A DNA stretch of 63,689 nt, the filler included, from Choristocarpus tenellus KU-1152 (Eukaryota > Protista > Phaeophyceae): the NCBI GenBank assembly GCA_964200185.2. It is 13 parts of 13 records of this genome, joined end to end, with 100 filler letters (N's around TTAATTAATTAA, not from the genome) between each part and the next. Parts side by side here need not be neighbours in the genome. Positions count along the whole stretch, not along the records: positions 7,500 to 16,462 come from CAXNAD020004159.1; positions 16,563 to 19,145 come from CAXNAD020026555.1; positions 19,246 to 23,465 come from CAXNAD020015621.1; positions 23,566 to 28,540 come from CAXNAD020012308.1; 9 more parts are not named here. One strand, written 5' to 3'. Both the position numbers and the translations under genes were made by a program. Positions 11,881-25,488 of the stretch are shown one piece after another. The notes beneath the pieces were generated by a model. It was not told the DNA's origin. It searched no databases and saw only the letters and a list, made by a program, of their open reading frames with translations. Position 1 is the first letter of the stretch. Each line of letters starts with the position of its first letter.

Positions 11881-13636
11881 ACTTCTTTTCCGCCTTCATA
11901 GGGTCAGTATAGGGGTTGCTTTTTGTTCATTTCTTATCTAATGTTTTTTCTACATACTGCAAATAAATGTGGTTGGTGTATATGATGTAGTCGTGGTCTA
12001 CTATTATTGTGTTTGTTGTGATTATTTAGATGACACTCCTCTTCTCCAAACTCTTCTATTATTGTGATGCTCAAAGTAAGTGTTACGTTTTGGTGCCTTC
12101 TCCCCATCATCATTCTTGCTTCTTCATAACAACCCTACAACATTGTGAAATGGGGCATAACAATGCTTAATATTATATGGTATGTCAATAATAATATATG
12201 GTATCAATAATAATCGAAGTATATCAATAAAAATGAATAGAAACGATCATGTGTTAAATGTCAGATTTCTGGAGTGTCATTTCCTGGTTACTAAATCAAC
12301 CTGTACATTCTACAACTGCGGAAGATATCAAGTTCAATTACCCTGTGTCGGTAACACATAATACACTCAACGAAGGTTGAAAACCGCACAAAAATTTCGT
12401 CAATGCAACATACCTTCACTGGATCAAATCGTCTAACCATAACTGCAACCTCAATTCACAACCATTCAGCCCTATGAACCCCCAAAATACTTCCAATACA
12501 AGTACTGCATGCAGTTGGGCACGTCCCTTAGTCTTTATCATGTAGAATTCAACACCCATATTATCTGGTTGAAAACCAAAACATAACCCGTCCTGCATCT
12601 TCGATCTTCATGGAATTGTATCCTACCTCACCCCCTCATTACATACACGTTGCTTCGTTATATGGGGAGGGCAGGCCACCCTACTCAACCTATTTATCGT
12701 GTGTCTAATCCTACTCGAAGTAACGTCTTGAAAGTGAATGAAGGAGATAATGTTTGCATTCATTTTTTATTTTTAACTAGTTAGGAAGTTAACCCATTTT
12801 AGTGTATTTTGCAACTCCAATAATACAAATTTTGACTACAAAATACTACTGTTGGTATTGTGTGTTGTTACATCATCGTATTATATGGTTTCTTACTTGG
12901 AAACAGAAAACTCCCACAAATTCATTTTCCATTCATGTTGATGTGTGATGATTCCTCGACTGTAAACCAAAAAGTATGTTTGTTACTTGAACAAGTAACC
13001 CACACAGCGAGAAGTCCCTGCCTTGCTGGGAAGAGTGAGATACAATGAGTGCAAATCGGCACTGCAGCCCTCGACGGGCTAGAGGCGAAGCGATGGAAAA
13101 GCATCAACAGCATGATGACCATGAGCAACCATCATGTCCATTGGAGAATGGCTTGACTAGCACCCATCCGCAAACAAGACCAGAATGTCATTTCCAAGTG
13201 CAGGAAGTTATCCGTGAGATAGTAACATACGACCGTATATACCTCTCTATCCAATAACAATGAAGGTTGATGCTGAATGGAGTCCACGCGAACACATTTC
13301 CTCACAGCGATATCGATGTCTCTGGTTGATCGAACAGATGATCCCGAGTTTGTTCTCTGGCTTGACGAATACAACCAGGAGAAGAGACCATCAGACTGCT
13401 TCAAGGAGGGAACAGAAGGTCCTTTTTGTCCATTTATTTGAACATTTCTGTACATTTCACATATTTTACATTCAACTGACTATTCATGGACAGAATCCTA
13501 CCACTCCTAGTAATAGTCATGAAACACCGAGGAAAGTTGCCACCTCCACTCTGAATTCGAATTCCGTGCAAACCCTACGGCCAAAATAATTCGTCCAGCC
13601 TACACAAACTACCTAGTGGATTGTGCCAAGCAATAC

Positions 13637-16462
13637 ATGCGGGAGAGTGATGAGCGCATGGCCAGCAAGTTCAAGGGCAGAGGTGAGGTAATTTGTCAGA
13701 CTTGGCGTTTCTCCCTTCTCATGAGTGAAGACCTGGCAACGTCATGCACAAACATGTGAAAATATGAACCCTCTCACCTCCATTTTTTCGTGGATTTTCG
13801 ACCCCTGTACCACTTCTACCGTCCTAGGGGTTGAGCATGCCAAGCGGAACGAGTTCAGAGAGGCCCTGTCATGCTACAATCGTGCGCTCGAGCTGTCTCC
13901 ATCAGGCCCTAAGAGTCACATCACTTATGTCAACCGCGCCGCTGCTTACATCAAAACAGCGAAATTTCAGGAAGCGGAGGAAGACTGCCTCACTGCGCTA
14001 GCACTTTTCCCCGAGTTTGCAAAGTTAGTCCAGAACTACGGACTATTGTTCAAGCGTACTGTTTTGTGGGAATATTCTGCTAGTTCCTGGGGTTGGTCAC
14101 ACCTGTGTAAATTACGAGTAGGTGTTTGTGATATGACCTTTGTTTTATATCAATGTGTATATGTAGTCAATGTGTATACGTAGCTGTGTGTGTAGGCCTC
14201 CTAATTGATTTAACCTGGTGTCTGAACTGGGAATGAGTCGAGCAAACATGCAACTATGAATACCCAGTGATTATAGACACCTATACTATCAGCACATTTA
14301 CAACCCCCCCAACCACCTTGTTCCTGGAACGTACACCACCCTTGGCAGGGGATTCGCTTTGATGGGTTTCTGTAAAGCTCAGAGTGGAAAGTTTAAGGAT
14401 GCAATGATGAGCTATGAGAAGGGTCTGAAACTCAGCCCAAAGGATCCTATCTTGCAAAAACTTCTGGACGAGGCAGTCAATTCCCTGGGTGCAGCAATGA
14501 CTCGGGCAACGAATGACAAGGACGAGGAGGTGGGTATTGAGGTAGTGTTTGAGCGTGGGATAACAGGAATGTGTGTTTGTGTGCCTCATATGGCTTACAT
14601 ACTGTGAAACATAAGAAATCGCTTTCCACACGACAAAAAGAATATGTGAGGCAAGAATGCTCAACAAATTCTTAATTTGTTACTTACCCTTTTGTTAGGG
14701 TGGCCTGGTTCAAGTGCCCACAACTGAGGTGCCTCTAAACGAACTCCGGAACACCACAGCTCAATCTGCACAAGGTGAAACCTCAGAGTCAAGAAAGGTT
14801 CAAACTCACACCAAGCACAGGCGGTACCTTAACAGCATTGCCCATGTCATGAGTTTGGAGCAGATGGTGGTGAGTGTGACTCAGTGGATGTCAATATGTA
14901 ATGCAATCCATGAATTTAGTATATAACATATTGACATTCTTATGTCTTGGTTACCTTTTTTCTGGAATTTCAAGAATTGCTATGGCCATATAGTCTGGGT
15001 GAGTACCATACAGGCTGATGTGAAAACACAGAGGAAAAACTCTGTTGGCCAATTATCAGGAAGCTAGCACACTCTCGATGGATCTTATTCTCTGAGTCGA
15101 GGTTAGGGAACTCAGTGTGCATGGTCGAATTTTCCATTTGTTGAGCTCCGCATCCTACGGAAGTTGGTGAAAGCTACATGTTTCTCTCTGTGAATCCATC
15201 GTGAAGACATCTTCCCTGCAATATTCTGTATAATTGTTTTGTTCTACAGGTTGAGGCCAAAAGCGTTGATGTATTGACTGGACTTGGAACCGAAGATGGT
15301 CTGGGGAACCCATATCACAAGGCAAGTCCGTATCAACTCACTTTCCGTGATTTGTGTTCTTTGAACGAGCTAACCTTGGAGTGTAACAATGACGATGGTC
15401 TCATTTTTCCATCAGAAATATAATAGATGTTCATAAATTTCAACAACAAAATTATTTCGTCCCATTGAGAAGAATGAGGATACAAATTAATGGCCCATAT
15501 ACTGTACAACCCTTTGAAGATCCAATAAAATCGCATTGTTCGCACATATTAATGACAATCAGGTGCTGAGCTTGGCTTCAGAGGCTAAAGTCCCGACCAA
15601 TACTAGGGGAAGGGATGCCATGGAAGGGGGGAAATACTGTGACACTTTTGTAGAACAAATATCCATGGAAGATTCCACATCTGGGTCGAAGTGTTGGCCA
15701 CCAGCTACCTTGTCAGGTGACGACAGTATACCAGCTATCGGCCAGCTGCAGCCAATGTCGCAGCAAAGTAACAACACTCTTGCCATGAACAGTGGCGCTA
15801 CCAGTCCATGGTTTAGCCCCTCTATTGCTATGGACAGTGCAGCGGGATCCAAAGTAGGAACAGTAAGCCTGGGCAACCTAGATCGTGATGCTGAGACTGG
15901 CAACCTTGGGAATTCCTCAAGAGTAGTTGCTTCCACTCAGGCAAAATCTCACCAGGCATCAGATTCATATATCTGGGTAGCATGCAACAATGACAATGCA
16001 TCTGGCACAATACAAATAACTGGTGATGACCCGTTGGGAGATTTAGGGCCAGACTACAGCCCAGGTGAACGCCCTTCAGCAGACTCCTACCGATCATATG
16101 GTTCAGAGAGAGACCTAGCCACTCCAACTACGGTGAATGCTCGGGTGGTAATACATGCCGATGTATCAACCACCACACCTGTGGGGTCCAGCATGGGGCA
16201 AAAACCGAGGCAATGCTCGCCACCACATACACCAGATGCTTCCTCACTCCATCAAGAGGCACAGTCAAGGAGGTTATGTAAATCCATGTCACAGGGATCC
16301 TCCGATTACGACTGCCTTGACCAGGTGTATTCAGAAAGATTCGGGCCATCAGCAAAAATGCAGTTCAATCACTGTGATTCCATTCAAAGGGGAGGGGCTA
16401 TTGTTCAAACTAGAGGAACGGGCCTCCTAATGGGCAAGTTCTTATCAGACACTCCCATACCC
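13637..16462 (+). CDS. TPR-repeat protein (N-terminal 3-TPR SGT/STI1-like domain plus long Ser-rich low-complexity region), 3' end cut by contig end. Exons 13637-13682, 13828-14023, 14349-14529, 14699-14869, 15250-15321, 15563->16462
   Basis: Phase-consistent splicing gives KFKGRGVEHAKRNEFREALSCYNRALELSPSGPKSHITYVNRAAAYIKTAKFQEAEEDCLTALALFPEFAKGFALMGFCKAQSGKFKDAMMSYEKGLKLSP. Confidence 0.85.
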
Positions 16463-17747
16463 NNNNNNNNNNNNNNNNNNNNNNNNNNNNNNNNNNNNNN
16501 NNNNNNTTAATTAATTAANNNNNNNNNNNNNNNNNNNNNNNNNNNNNNNNNNNNNNNNNNNNTCTGAGTGAGCGAGGGACTAGATTGATTTAAAAAAAAA
16601 AACGAATACCTTGGCGCCCCTCTTTGAAGGTCCTTCAAGTTGAGGTCCCCTGCGACCAGATATTTGAAGATGAAAAGTCCTTTCCTTGTTGAGGCTCACA
16701 TCTGGGTTGATGATATGCTGTGTATTACACTTGTGTATGAAGTTACAGTGGGTGAGAACTCCTTTTTTTGCTGCTTTGAAGCAGTTCGATGGTGGTAACC
16801 CCCCACCTCATTGATTGTGAGATTCTCCCTCTTAATGAATATCTGGGAGCGATGTTTTTGTTGAGAGGGGAGGGGCTGTGTGTATGCAATGAATAGGCCT
16901 CTCTTTCACTGGTGTGTTCAAGTGGAGGTCTTTATTTGCTGTAGCTTGAATGCTGAAATAATGGGTGCGTTTTTCAAATGAGTTTGAACCATACCTTTAT
17001 CTTCTCATTGGTACAGATAGCGCCAATCCAGCGCAACTACCTCGCCTAAAATGTGTACATATGTAAGTGCGTGTGTTGTGCTATGTTGCAAAATGTAGTC
17101 AAATCACTGCTATAAAATACTGGATGGAGGTTGTAGCTCCGTCCATACATGTATTCGATAACACTGTAGACAGATTTAATCCTCAAACCTATCATACGCA
17201 TACATACTCAATACATACTCCTATTCTCAAGTATATTGTACATGAGGCGTCTGTCCACTCCAAAAATCATCTCAAATCAAATAAACCACCTAGCATTTTT
17301 CTCACACACCATCCAGTGCCATGTAAAACATGTAATGATCCAATTTTTTCTTCTATTTTTTCATATTTTCCCGGTTTATTCTTGGCGGTGACTATGATTT
17401 TGGTACGGCAAAGATATAATGGTATGGTTGACTATGCCTTTGATACTGTGCTGTAGCAGACTGGTACACACTATACAATTAATTCAGCAGAGTCAAAGGA
17501 AAAAAAAATAGTTGTGATTTTCATACAAGGCGTCTACAACAATAATAGAAATAATGGTAGTATTAATAGTTGTTACATCTGTACTATTGGCAGTCAACAA
17601 ATCCATCCATCCATGCATCTATTTCCAGCAGCACATTGTGTGTCCTTGAAATGGCATAGAGACAAACTCATTTCTGTTGTTTTTGTTTGTTTATTTTTGC
17701 TCCTAGTGACTCAGTTTTATTATTGCCATGATTTTTTCAATTTTTTA

Positions 17748-17780
<33 letters not shown>

Positions 17781-18592
17781 GTTGTTCTAGCTTCTCCGTT
17801 TAGCATTGGTTTGAACATTTTGCATGGGTTGGGAAGAATACTGCATCACAAAGGCGTTTCTTGTGACATTAGATCGGCTGATCTACAATTGGGGTTACGG
17901 TTAGTCGGATTCTGCTGAGATTTTAGGGTAACCTTGTAAAGGTTTTTTGAAAGGCCCCCACATGCGATGGTGAAAATCTGCTATATCATCTTGTGCATTT
18001 ATAGCCTGCCCTGCAAACTGTTGAAGCTGATGCTGAACTGAGGAAGTTTGTACTGTGAGGCAGCTGGAACAAGGCAGGCAGGTTGGGCGAGATTTAGTTC
18101 AACTGTGAAGTACTTGAGTAATAATATGTATTTTTTCTTAATATAACAGAATTGATGTTTTTTTATTTCAATGCTGCTGGTTGTGTGAAGATTTCAGGGC
18201 TTCGTAATTCATGTGTTACAAAAAATGTTTTTATATTGTAATGCTAATATTGATGCGGAGATTGAAGGGGGGTGATGGATATTGTACAAGAATAAAAAAT
18301 ACAGCGGTATGATTTAGATATTATGAAATAAAAAAGAAATACTACCATGGATAGTAAGATAGAAGCGCAGGGGATATGGTACAGCAAAGAGGTGATCTTG
18401 ATCTTTGATCTTTATATTCGTCTTTTTCAGTTGAATGAAAATATAATTAAAATTCGATAACTGGTACGAAAATAGTAAGCTATGTCAGAAGAGGATGCAT
18501 TCACCTTGCATCCTCTCCAACCTTCCCCCTCTATGTTTTAATTATGATAAGTGTTATATTTTATCACTGTTATTTTTTTGGTATGTTGACAG

Positions 18593-18745
18593 GACCAGGG
18601 GGAGTTGGTAGGAATGGAGGCTCAGGAGGCGTTGGGGGATAACCTGGAGAGTGAAAGGGAGGTGATTCAACGGAGTGGCAAGGAGCGGGTGAATGCTTTC
18701 CTGAGGTCGCATGCATGTTATGATCTGCTCAAGCACAGTGGGAAG
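18593..18745 (+). CDS. Internal exon of an AMPK gamma / SNF4 (CBS-domain) subunit
   Basis: An AG/GT-bounded 153-nt exon encodes ...SGKERVNAFLRSHACYDLLKHSGK, the F...H.CYDL...S.K segment that precedes VVVFD in AMPK gamma. Confidence 0.75.
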
Positions 18746-19245
18746 GTAAGCTAGAGCATTATTGAACAAGATACAAAAACTGAAGTGAAAGATAGTAAAA
18801 ACTGATGTAGAAGATATTATTACTACTGAAGTGAAAGGCACTGCTAGTTCTGAGGAAGATGCCGTTTGTTCTGCAGTAAATAATACGATTAACCCTGAAG
18901 TAATAGAATAAGAATTAAAACACATTATTAACACTCCAGTAGGAGATATTATTATTGAAGTGAAACGATACTATATGGTACTCTATGTACTTGGTAGGTA
19001 GTTACTATTTTGTTTTTTTGCATGTTACCAATTTCTGCAGTCAGTTTAAAGTCCCTGTCGACCTCAAGAAAAACAATCCCAGCCATACCATGAAGGAGAA
19101 GAGAAGATGTGATGCCACACCATCTAAGGGGAGGGGGGGGGAGGGNNNNNNNNNNNNNNNNNNNNNNNNNNNNNNNNNNNNNNNNNNNNTTAATTAATTA
19201 ANNNNNNNNNNNNNNNNNNNNNNNNNNNNNNNNNNNNNNNNNNNN

Positions 19246-19423
19246 TGCGTGTGCGGGGTGCGGGTCATCGGAGTCTACACTAGGGTGTCCTTTTGGGAAA
19301 AAATCAGGAAAAGTACATTTACATTGTCCATCCGACCTATGCAACCAAATCACCCAAAAATCGCGATATAAAAGAAATGACCCCAAATGGACAGCCATAC
19401 CCCCCCGCCAGATACTTTGAGCC
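19246..19423 (-). mobile_element. MITE subfamily B copy (begins at contig edge)
   Basis: Ends CCCCAAATGGACAGCC...CCAGATACTTTGAGCC; reverse-complement homolog of 48960-49139. Confidence 0.8.
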
Positions 19424-20045
19424 AATTGGTGAGTTTGTTTCCCTTTGACATTAGTGATCGATCTTGATGATGCGAACATAGATAATACTGCCACATTGTT
19501 CGGGTGAAGGGGGTTGGGGATTGCACAATTTTTGGTCACGAGTGTTCCACAGAGTACGGCCGTGTTGGTTGACACCCCATGTTGAAAAGCGTAGAGAAGG
19601 GTGTGTTGGATACATCGAGAACCGAAACCGCCCCAATTAGAATATGCTGAAAAGGTGTGCATCGCGTATGCTGTCACTCGCGAGCCACATCAAAAAGGTT
19701 ATGAATACATACCATGAAGCAGGTAGGACGAAGTGAATTGAGGTAGTTTATCGAACGGTAGAGTGTGTGTTTTGATCTGATTTGTTTGGGAAAGAGATGA
19801 CGAATGCTTGGTGGGTGTCGCCCCAGATAATATTGACGAATGTATTACTACAATTGACGTATTCTGTCAAACGGTAAACTATTGTGTAGGATAGGTTTTG
19901 TGGTGGAAGGGATACTGAATGTTTCAGGTGGTATCAGCCAATACATATCCCCAGATGCATTTACCATTGTATGTGCCTCTTTCTCTACAGGGGATATGAG
20001 ATTGCGATTAAGTTTTGTGGATAGTCGAGGACGATGGATTGGAGG

Positions 20046-20495
20046 TGTGTGACTTCAAAGAAGTTGGTATGTGGACAGCCGCAACTTCTGCCATACTTTG
20101 TCGTACGATAAAGTATGGTAAAAATGACATGAGGCGTGTGGCTTGAAAAAAGTTGGTATATGGACCGCCGCAACTTTCACCACACTCTGTCGTAGGATAA
20201 AGTACAGCAAAAATGACATGAGGCGTGTGACTTGAAAAAAGTTGGTATATGGACAGCCGCAACTTTCGCCACACTATGTCGTAGGACAAAGTACGGCAAA
20301 TATGACATGATGCGTTTGGCTTGAAATAAGTTGGTATTTGGACAGCCGCAACTTTTGCCGTACTTTGTCGAACAGTAAAGCATGGCAAAAAATACATGAG
20401 GCGTGTGGCTTGAAATAAGTTGTTATGTGAACCACCGCAACTTTCGCCAGACTTTGCCGTATGGTACAGTATGTCAAAAATGACATGAGGCGAGC
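20046..20495. repeat. Tandem array of 89-bp units, about 5 copies, each containing palindromes
   Basis: AAGTTG(G/T)TAT starts at 20061, 20150, 20239, 20328 and 20417, an exact 89-bp period. Confidence 0.95.
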
Positions 20496-21336
20496 GGATG
20501 AAGGAAGAGTGAAACAAGACTTGGCAAAATTTCATTATTGTGTAAGGGTGAGGGATGGTGTGAGGGTTGGGGCATAGAGTTAGGGTTGGGACAGGTGCTA
20601 GGGTTGGGATCGGAAACAGAAACTGGAAGGAACATCATTAACTTACAATACATATCAGAACGCGGATATCGGAGGACACGAACTTTGTCGTTAGGTTTCG
20701 TTCTGCTCTTGATGGGAGGACGTGTGCGTCACCGGTTCGGAGGTATGGTGGAACTGGTGAACACCACACACGTCTCTGATTTCGATGCAAATGTGTGATT
20801 TCGGAAGGATATGGAAACGATATGGTGACATATGCTTCACTATGCCTAGTCTTCAAGCGCTAATCCCTCTTTCAGGATATTACAGAACGCACAGGCTACA
20901 TTGGAGTGTGTCTAGCTGCGACAGAAATCTGGCCTTGCATTTGGGATCTCCTGGGGTCTACCCCTCCAGAGTCCACGAGTTCATTCCCGTTGTTAGCCAG
21001 ATCCCCTAGTGGCTGACGGATCGTCATCGTACATCTGCGATGCGATGGATGTGGTCCTCCCGAAGAACTGCGACAACAATTCCTCTATATTGTCCTGGCC
21101 CGTTGGTTTGATGTGGAGAGAGTGAGGGAGTGTGAGGTTTGTTGCATATGTGGTTTGGAGAAAGGTTTTTTGTTATGCACTATAATATAATTCAACAAAA
21201 CTGCAAATATACGAAAAAAAAAAATGCAAATTCAAAGTTTGACCCTCTCACACTAATGAAGAAATAGCGGATGGGGAGTTACATATATATACATATATAC
21301 ATTTTTATGTCTCTATTTGTTCTAGTTCAACGCTGT

Positions 21337-21593
21337 GAGCCAAAGTATTTTAGAGGGTAGACCCGTGTACATTTGAGGTAAAATCCAGTGTTGCGATTTT
21401 GATATAATTTTGGCTATCGTGTTTGCTAGGATTTGTCAATATCTATGTTTCCGACACACCTTTTCATAACGAATATATTTTACCTACTCCTAAACATTTT
21501 GAACTAGAAAAATGCCATAAAAGAAGCAATGGGAAGCCAAGCCCCAAATGGACAAACAGGACAAAACTCGTACCCTCTAATATACTTTCACTC
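21337..21593 (+). mobile_element. MITE subfamily A, copy 3 (257 bp)
   Basis: GAGCCAAAGTATTTTAGAGGGTA...TACCCTCTAATATACTTTCACTC; flanks CTGT/CCGT. Confidence 0.9.
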
Positions 21594-21798
21594 CCGTCGT
21601 AGACATACATACAAATTCCAATACATCTGTGAAGAGAGCAAAATTTCCTTTATTAAATATCCTTTTTTATTCCCGAGGAAAAAGAACACCCCAACTAGCC
21701 TGTTCATAACCACAATATATATACTACTATTTTCTAGGGATACAGCATTCGGTAAAGGCGGTTGTTCTTGTATTGATTATTTTACAGTTGTTATACAA

Positions 21799-22057
21799 GA
21801 GTGAAAGTACCTTAGAGTGTACGAGTTTTGCCCTGTTTGTCCATTTGAGGCATGCCTTCCCTCAGGTGGGTTTATGACATTTTCCCTCTCCGAAATATTT
21901 CGGAGCAGGTAAAATGTATACGTTATGAAAAGGTCTGTCCACAACAAGGATATTGACACCTCCTAACAAACACGATAGCCAAAAATATATCGAAATCGCA
22001 ACATTTGATTTTGACCCCCAAATGAACACAGCTCTACCCTCTAAGATACTTTGGCTC
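21799..22057 (-). mobile_element. MITE subfamily A, copy 4 (259 bp)
   Basis: GAGTGAAAGTACCTTAGAG...CTCTAAGATACTTTGGCTC; perfect 4-bp TSD ACAA. Confidence 0.92.
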
Positions 22058-22099
22058 ACAACCGAAAAAAATATAGATTAAAAGGACTATACCTTCTTG

Positions 22100-23390
22100 G
22101 TAAAGAGAGAATAGGTGCGTATCCCTTCCATGAGAATCAGGCTCGTCTGTGGCTATCCCTGTGCGCTGTACGTAACGCTAAACACCGGGCGTGTCGGAAG
22201 GTAAAAAGACGACAGGACTTCCTCTTCATGCAAGGTGATCAGGTGCGTACGGCTCGAGGATGATGTGAACCGACCGCGACATGCCATCCTCTCTGGGTCT
22301 GACTCGATGCGCAAAGCATTCTCTCTCTCCTTCAGTTTGTTTCTCCTGTCTCATTTCTAACGTGCCCACCCGATGCAGACACCCCCCGATCAACTGAGAG
22401 GCTTAGTCCAACCACCGAACACCGTCATGCCTCCAAAGGGAACCAGAAGGTGAGTCCCCATACAAGAAACGTTCACCCTTCGTGCAGCCTACACTGGAGA
22501 GTTTCTGAATGAACAATATTGCAAACACACCATCATGATTTAGTGCCTTTGGCGGATGTTGTGGTTTTCGTCCGTTCACGTAGCATGTATGAGCATGTGG
22601 CTGACATGATGGTGTACCCAAGCGGTTTTATGACCCCCTAGTCACGACCCCTAATCCAAACAGTGTCGCATAGTGTGCCGTACCGAACGCGCCCAACCGG
22701 GGTCGAGCCTTCCTCGTCTCACGGCGGTTTGCGATGTGTAACGTATCCCACCAATTCCTATTTGTGCGTTCCTCTCGATACAAAGTTCCAACATGTCTTG
22801 TATTTGACTTTTGCGAAAGCACCAACATGCCCCTCCCATTAGGAATGATCTCGTTATTGCTTTCTTAATGTATAGCCCAAATCCGGGTTAGGTCTAGATG
22901 GCGCTGCTGTTCACCACGCTACATCGATTCACATGAGATAGGCCGTACAAACAGACACAACACAGACAGGGTCCTAATTACATTCCCTCGCATTTCAATA
23001 CAGTGCAAAGCGGTAGCGATTGACACCTCAACGTATTATGTACGAAGGTCTTCAGGACTACGACCATACCAATTCCGTCCACCATTGCTATGTTGCCATC
23101 TGTGTAAATATTTTGTCGGAAGCTCCAGATAGAATACCGAGTGAAAGCAATTTCGCGTCAAAATCGGCGTAAACCCTATTCATGCCGGTCTGTCTATTCC
23201 GCAGTATAGTCCACGGCTCTGTCGACACTGGTGAAATTTTGTTTTGTGTATACTAAGAGGCCTCCATGTCATGGCGCTTTGAAATCCAGGGAGCAAATGC
23301 TTATGTTAGGCCAAGATTGGCGACGTGTGCGGTATTGAAGAGTTTCCAACGTATCTACCCCTCATTGCTATTTTCTCGGTTGTGAACAAC
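22100..23390 (-). mobile_element. Heavily decayed Copia pol relic (RT/RNase H)
   Basis: RQTGMNRVYADFDAKLLSLG (about 23137-23195) resembles LYGLKQ...W...FD..LL.LG. Near 22150-22290, RGWHVAVGSHHPR and FYLPT resemble KHIDVR.H..R and Y.PT. Confidence 0.5.
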
Positions 23391-23396
23391 AACAAT

Positions 23397-23465
23397 GGCT
23401 GAAAGCATCTGGGGGGGGGAGTGTCGGCGTCCGTTTTCCACCCTTTTTTCGATTTTCACTTTTTT
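23397..23465 (+). mobile_element. MITE subfamily C, left end (cut by contig end)
   Basis: GGCTGAAAGCATCTG(G)n...TCGGCGTCCGTTTTCCACCCTTTTTTCGATTTTC matches the sequence from 37859 onward. Confidence 0.7.
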
Positions 23466-25488
23466 NNNNNNNNNNNNNNNNNNNNNNNNNNNNNNNNNNN
23501 NNNNNNNNNTTAATTAATTAANNNNNNNNNNNNNNNNNNNNNNNNNNNNNNNNNNNNNNNNNNNNCTCCCCCTCCCCCTCCCTCCCTCTGAAAGGTGTTG
23601 GAAATCCATCACGGTGCAAAAGGTCCGGGAATGATTTCAAGGCGTACTTGGACAGAAGAACGCCTCTCGGGTACGAAAATCGTTTCAAGAGTGCTGTGTC
23701 CTCAAGCGGACCTCAAGCGCACCACATGCGACGCTTGAAGACCATCGATTGTGCAAAGGTTCTCAGACAAGGCATGGTGCATAGTATCATGGGAAAGTAT
23801 ATGGAGAAGGTCCTAGTCGATTAATGGTCACATTAAACACCAATAGCGTGATGGATGGCGCGCTAAACTACTCTCCTACTACACATTAGAAAAATTTATT
23901 CAAGAGCTGCCAGAGAGTGCTGCGATGATACTATCCCTTCCCCGATTGAGGTGCTACAGACGTTGATCATGCCCAACCCTAACCCCTAACCCTAATGAGC
24001 AAGATGTAAGAAAAAAAAAAGAAGAGATGCTGCTTGGTTGTCTATGTATTTATTCCACCACCGGAGCAAGAGTATACATAAAAGTAGACCCTTCCCATTC
24101 ATAAGAGAGGGCGCATGATGATGCACTGCTTGGCTGTCTGCATTTCTGCACTAGAGTGAAAGCATTATTGCAAGTAGATCCTTCCCTTTCCTGAGACAGC
24201 GTGTTTCGTTTTTCCTTAATCAGGCCTACTTCAATCCGGATTTACCCTACCCCCTTTCATCCTTTCTAAAGCATTGGTCCCATGTAATATGCTGAATGGG
24301 ACCTTCCCTGTTGCCCCACCTTCCCCAAAGCTACACGCACACTACTACCTTGCCACCCGTAGAGGGCCGGGGGGAGGGGAACCTTTCAATGTCAAGGGCA
24401 AAAAACCTCCCTACTCCAAATATCATACCAAAAAACATGTAAGCCACCAGTGCTCAAAACCCCCAAAAGGATAAAAAGTAATATTTCCCATAAACACATG
24501 CAATCCTTACGTGCTCCTTAATAGGCAGGAATCAATCCACTAGAATCCCAAGGTCTTTCAGAGGAAGACGGTTTGCCACAGTGCAAACTTTGGGTTAGGT
24601 CAGTTGGAAAGCACTCAAGCATCTGTTACAGCAGTTACAAATTCTGGGTCCCATTCACTGCAGTTGTACCAAAATTTGTCGAGGATCTGTAAAAGAGTCT
24701 AGGTAATATATTCCCTCATTCACACCCACACCTTAACCTTCACCCAGCATGAGTAAAATAACGTGCAATCTCTTCGAGTATCATTCTCCAACACGAGTCC
24801 TCCATCGGAAAAAAGATACGTATCATATCACATACGTGTCAGTTGATTCGTATCATTGATATCACCACAGTCAAATGCAGGTCATGGCACCAGAGCAAAG
24901 AGATTGAGTATAGAACTGCAAATTATTTCCGTACAATCCATTATTTCAAGGTCATCTTCTTGTGGGGTCCACTGACGCAATATGTGCCAGTTATGGTCCA
25001 GTCAGATCGAAGTCTCAGCAGTTACTGATACTGTGCAGGTTACGGGACCTTACACCTTTGAGAGACGCCTCTACAATTAAACAGAATGCATACACCTGGA
25101 AAAATGATATACGCCCATCATACTGCCTATTGCGCCTATTCCATCTTCGTCAACTAACTCATTGGGTACACAACACAGATGTATGTACACATCGGTACTA
25201 ACCCGTTCAATAAACTACAATCTAGAGGGGGTACTGTAGATGAGAGAGTATCATGTTCCGAGGACCTCTGCAGGATGTATTTCATTCCTCCTGCCCCTGA
25301 AAATTTACCTTTCCTTAAGGCGAATGTGATACGAGTACAATTGAGATCATTTGCCGTCGATGACGCTGTTTGACCATATTGTCTCGGAAGGGTTGCTTAC
25401 TTCGAGTTAACAGGGATAGGAAATACAAGAAAAGGTAAGAAAAACGCGTTTCCCCATCGCATGTGAATAGGTTAAATCAAGCTCTCAC

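Noticed and set aside
12990-13450. Possible minus-strand exons divergent from the TPR gene
   Set aside because: Splice-like boundaries exist, but there is no recognisable product or secure exon chain.
20046-20495. CRISPR-like array (regular period, palindromic repeat)
   Set aside because: Whole units are homologous with no unique spacers, there are no cas genes, and the context is eukaryotic.
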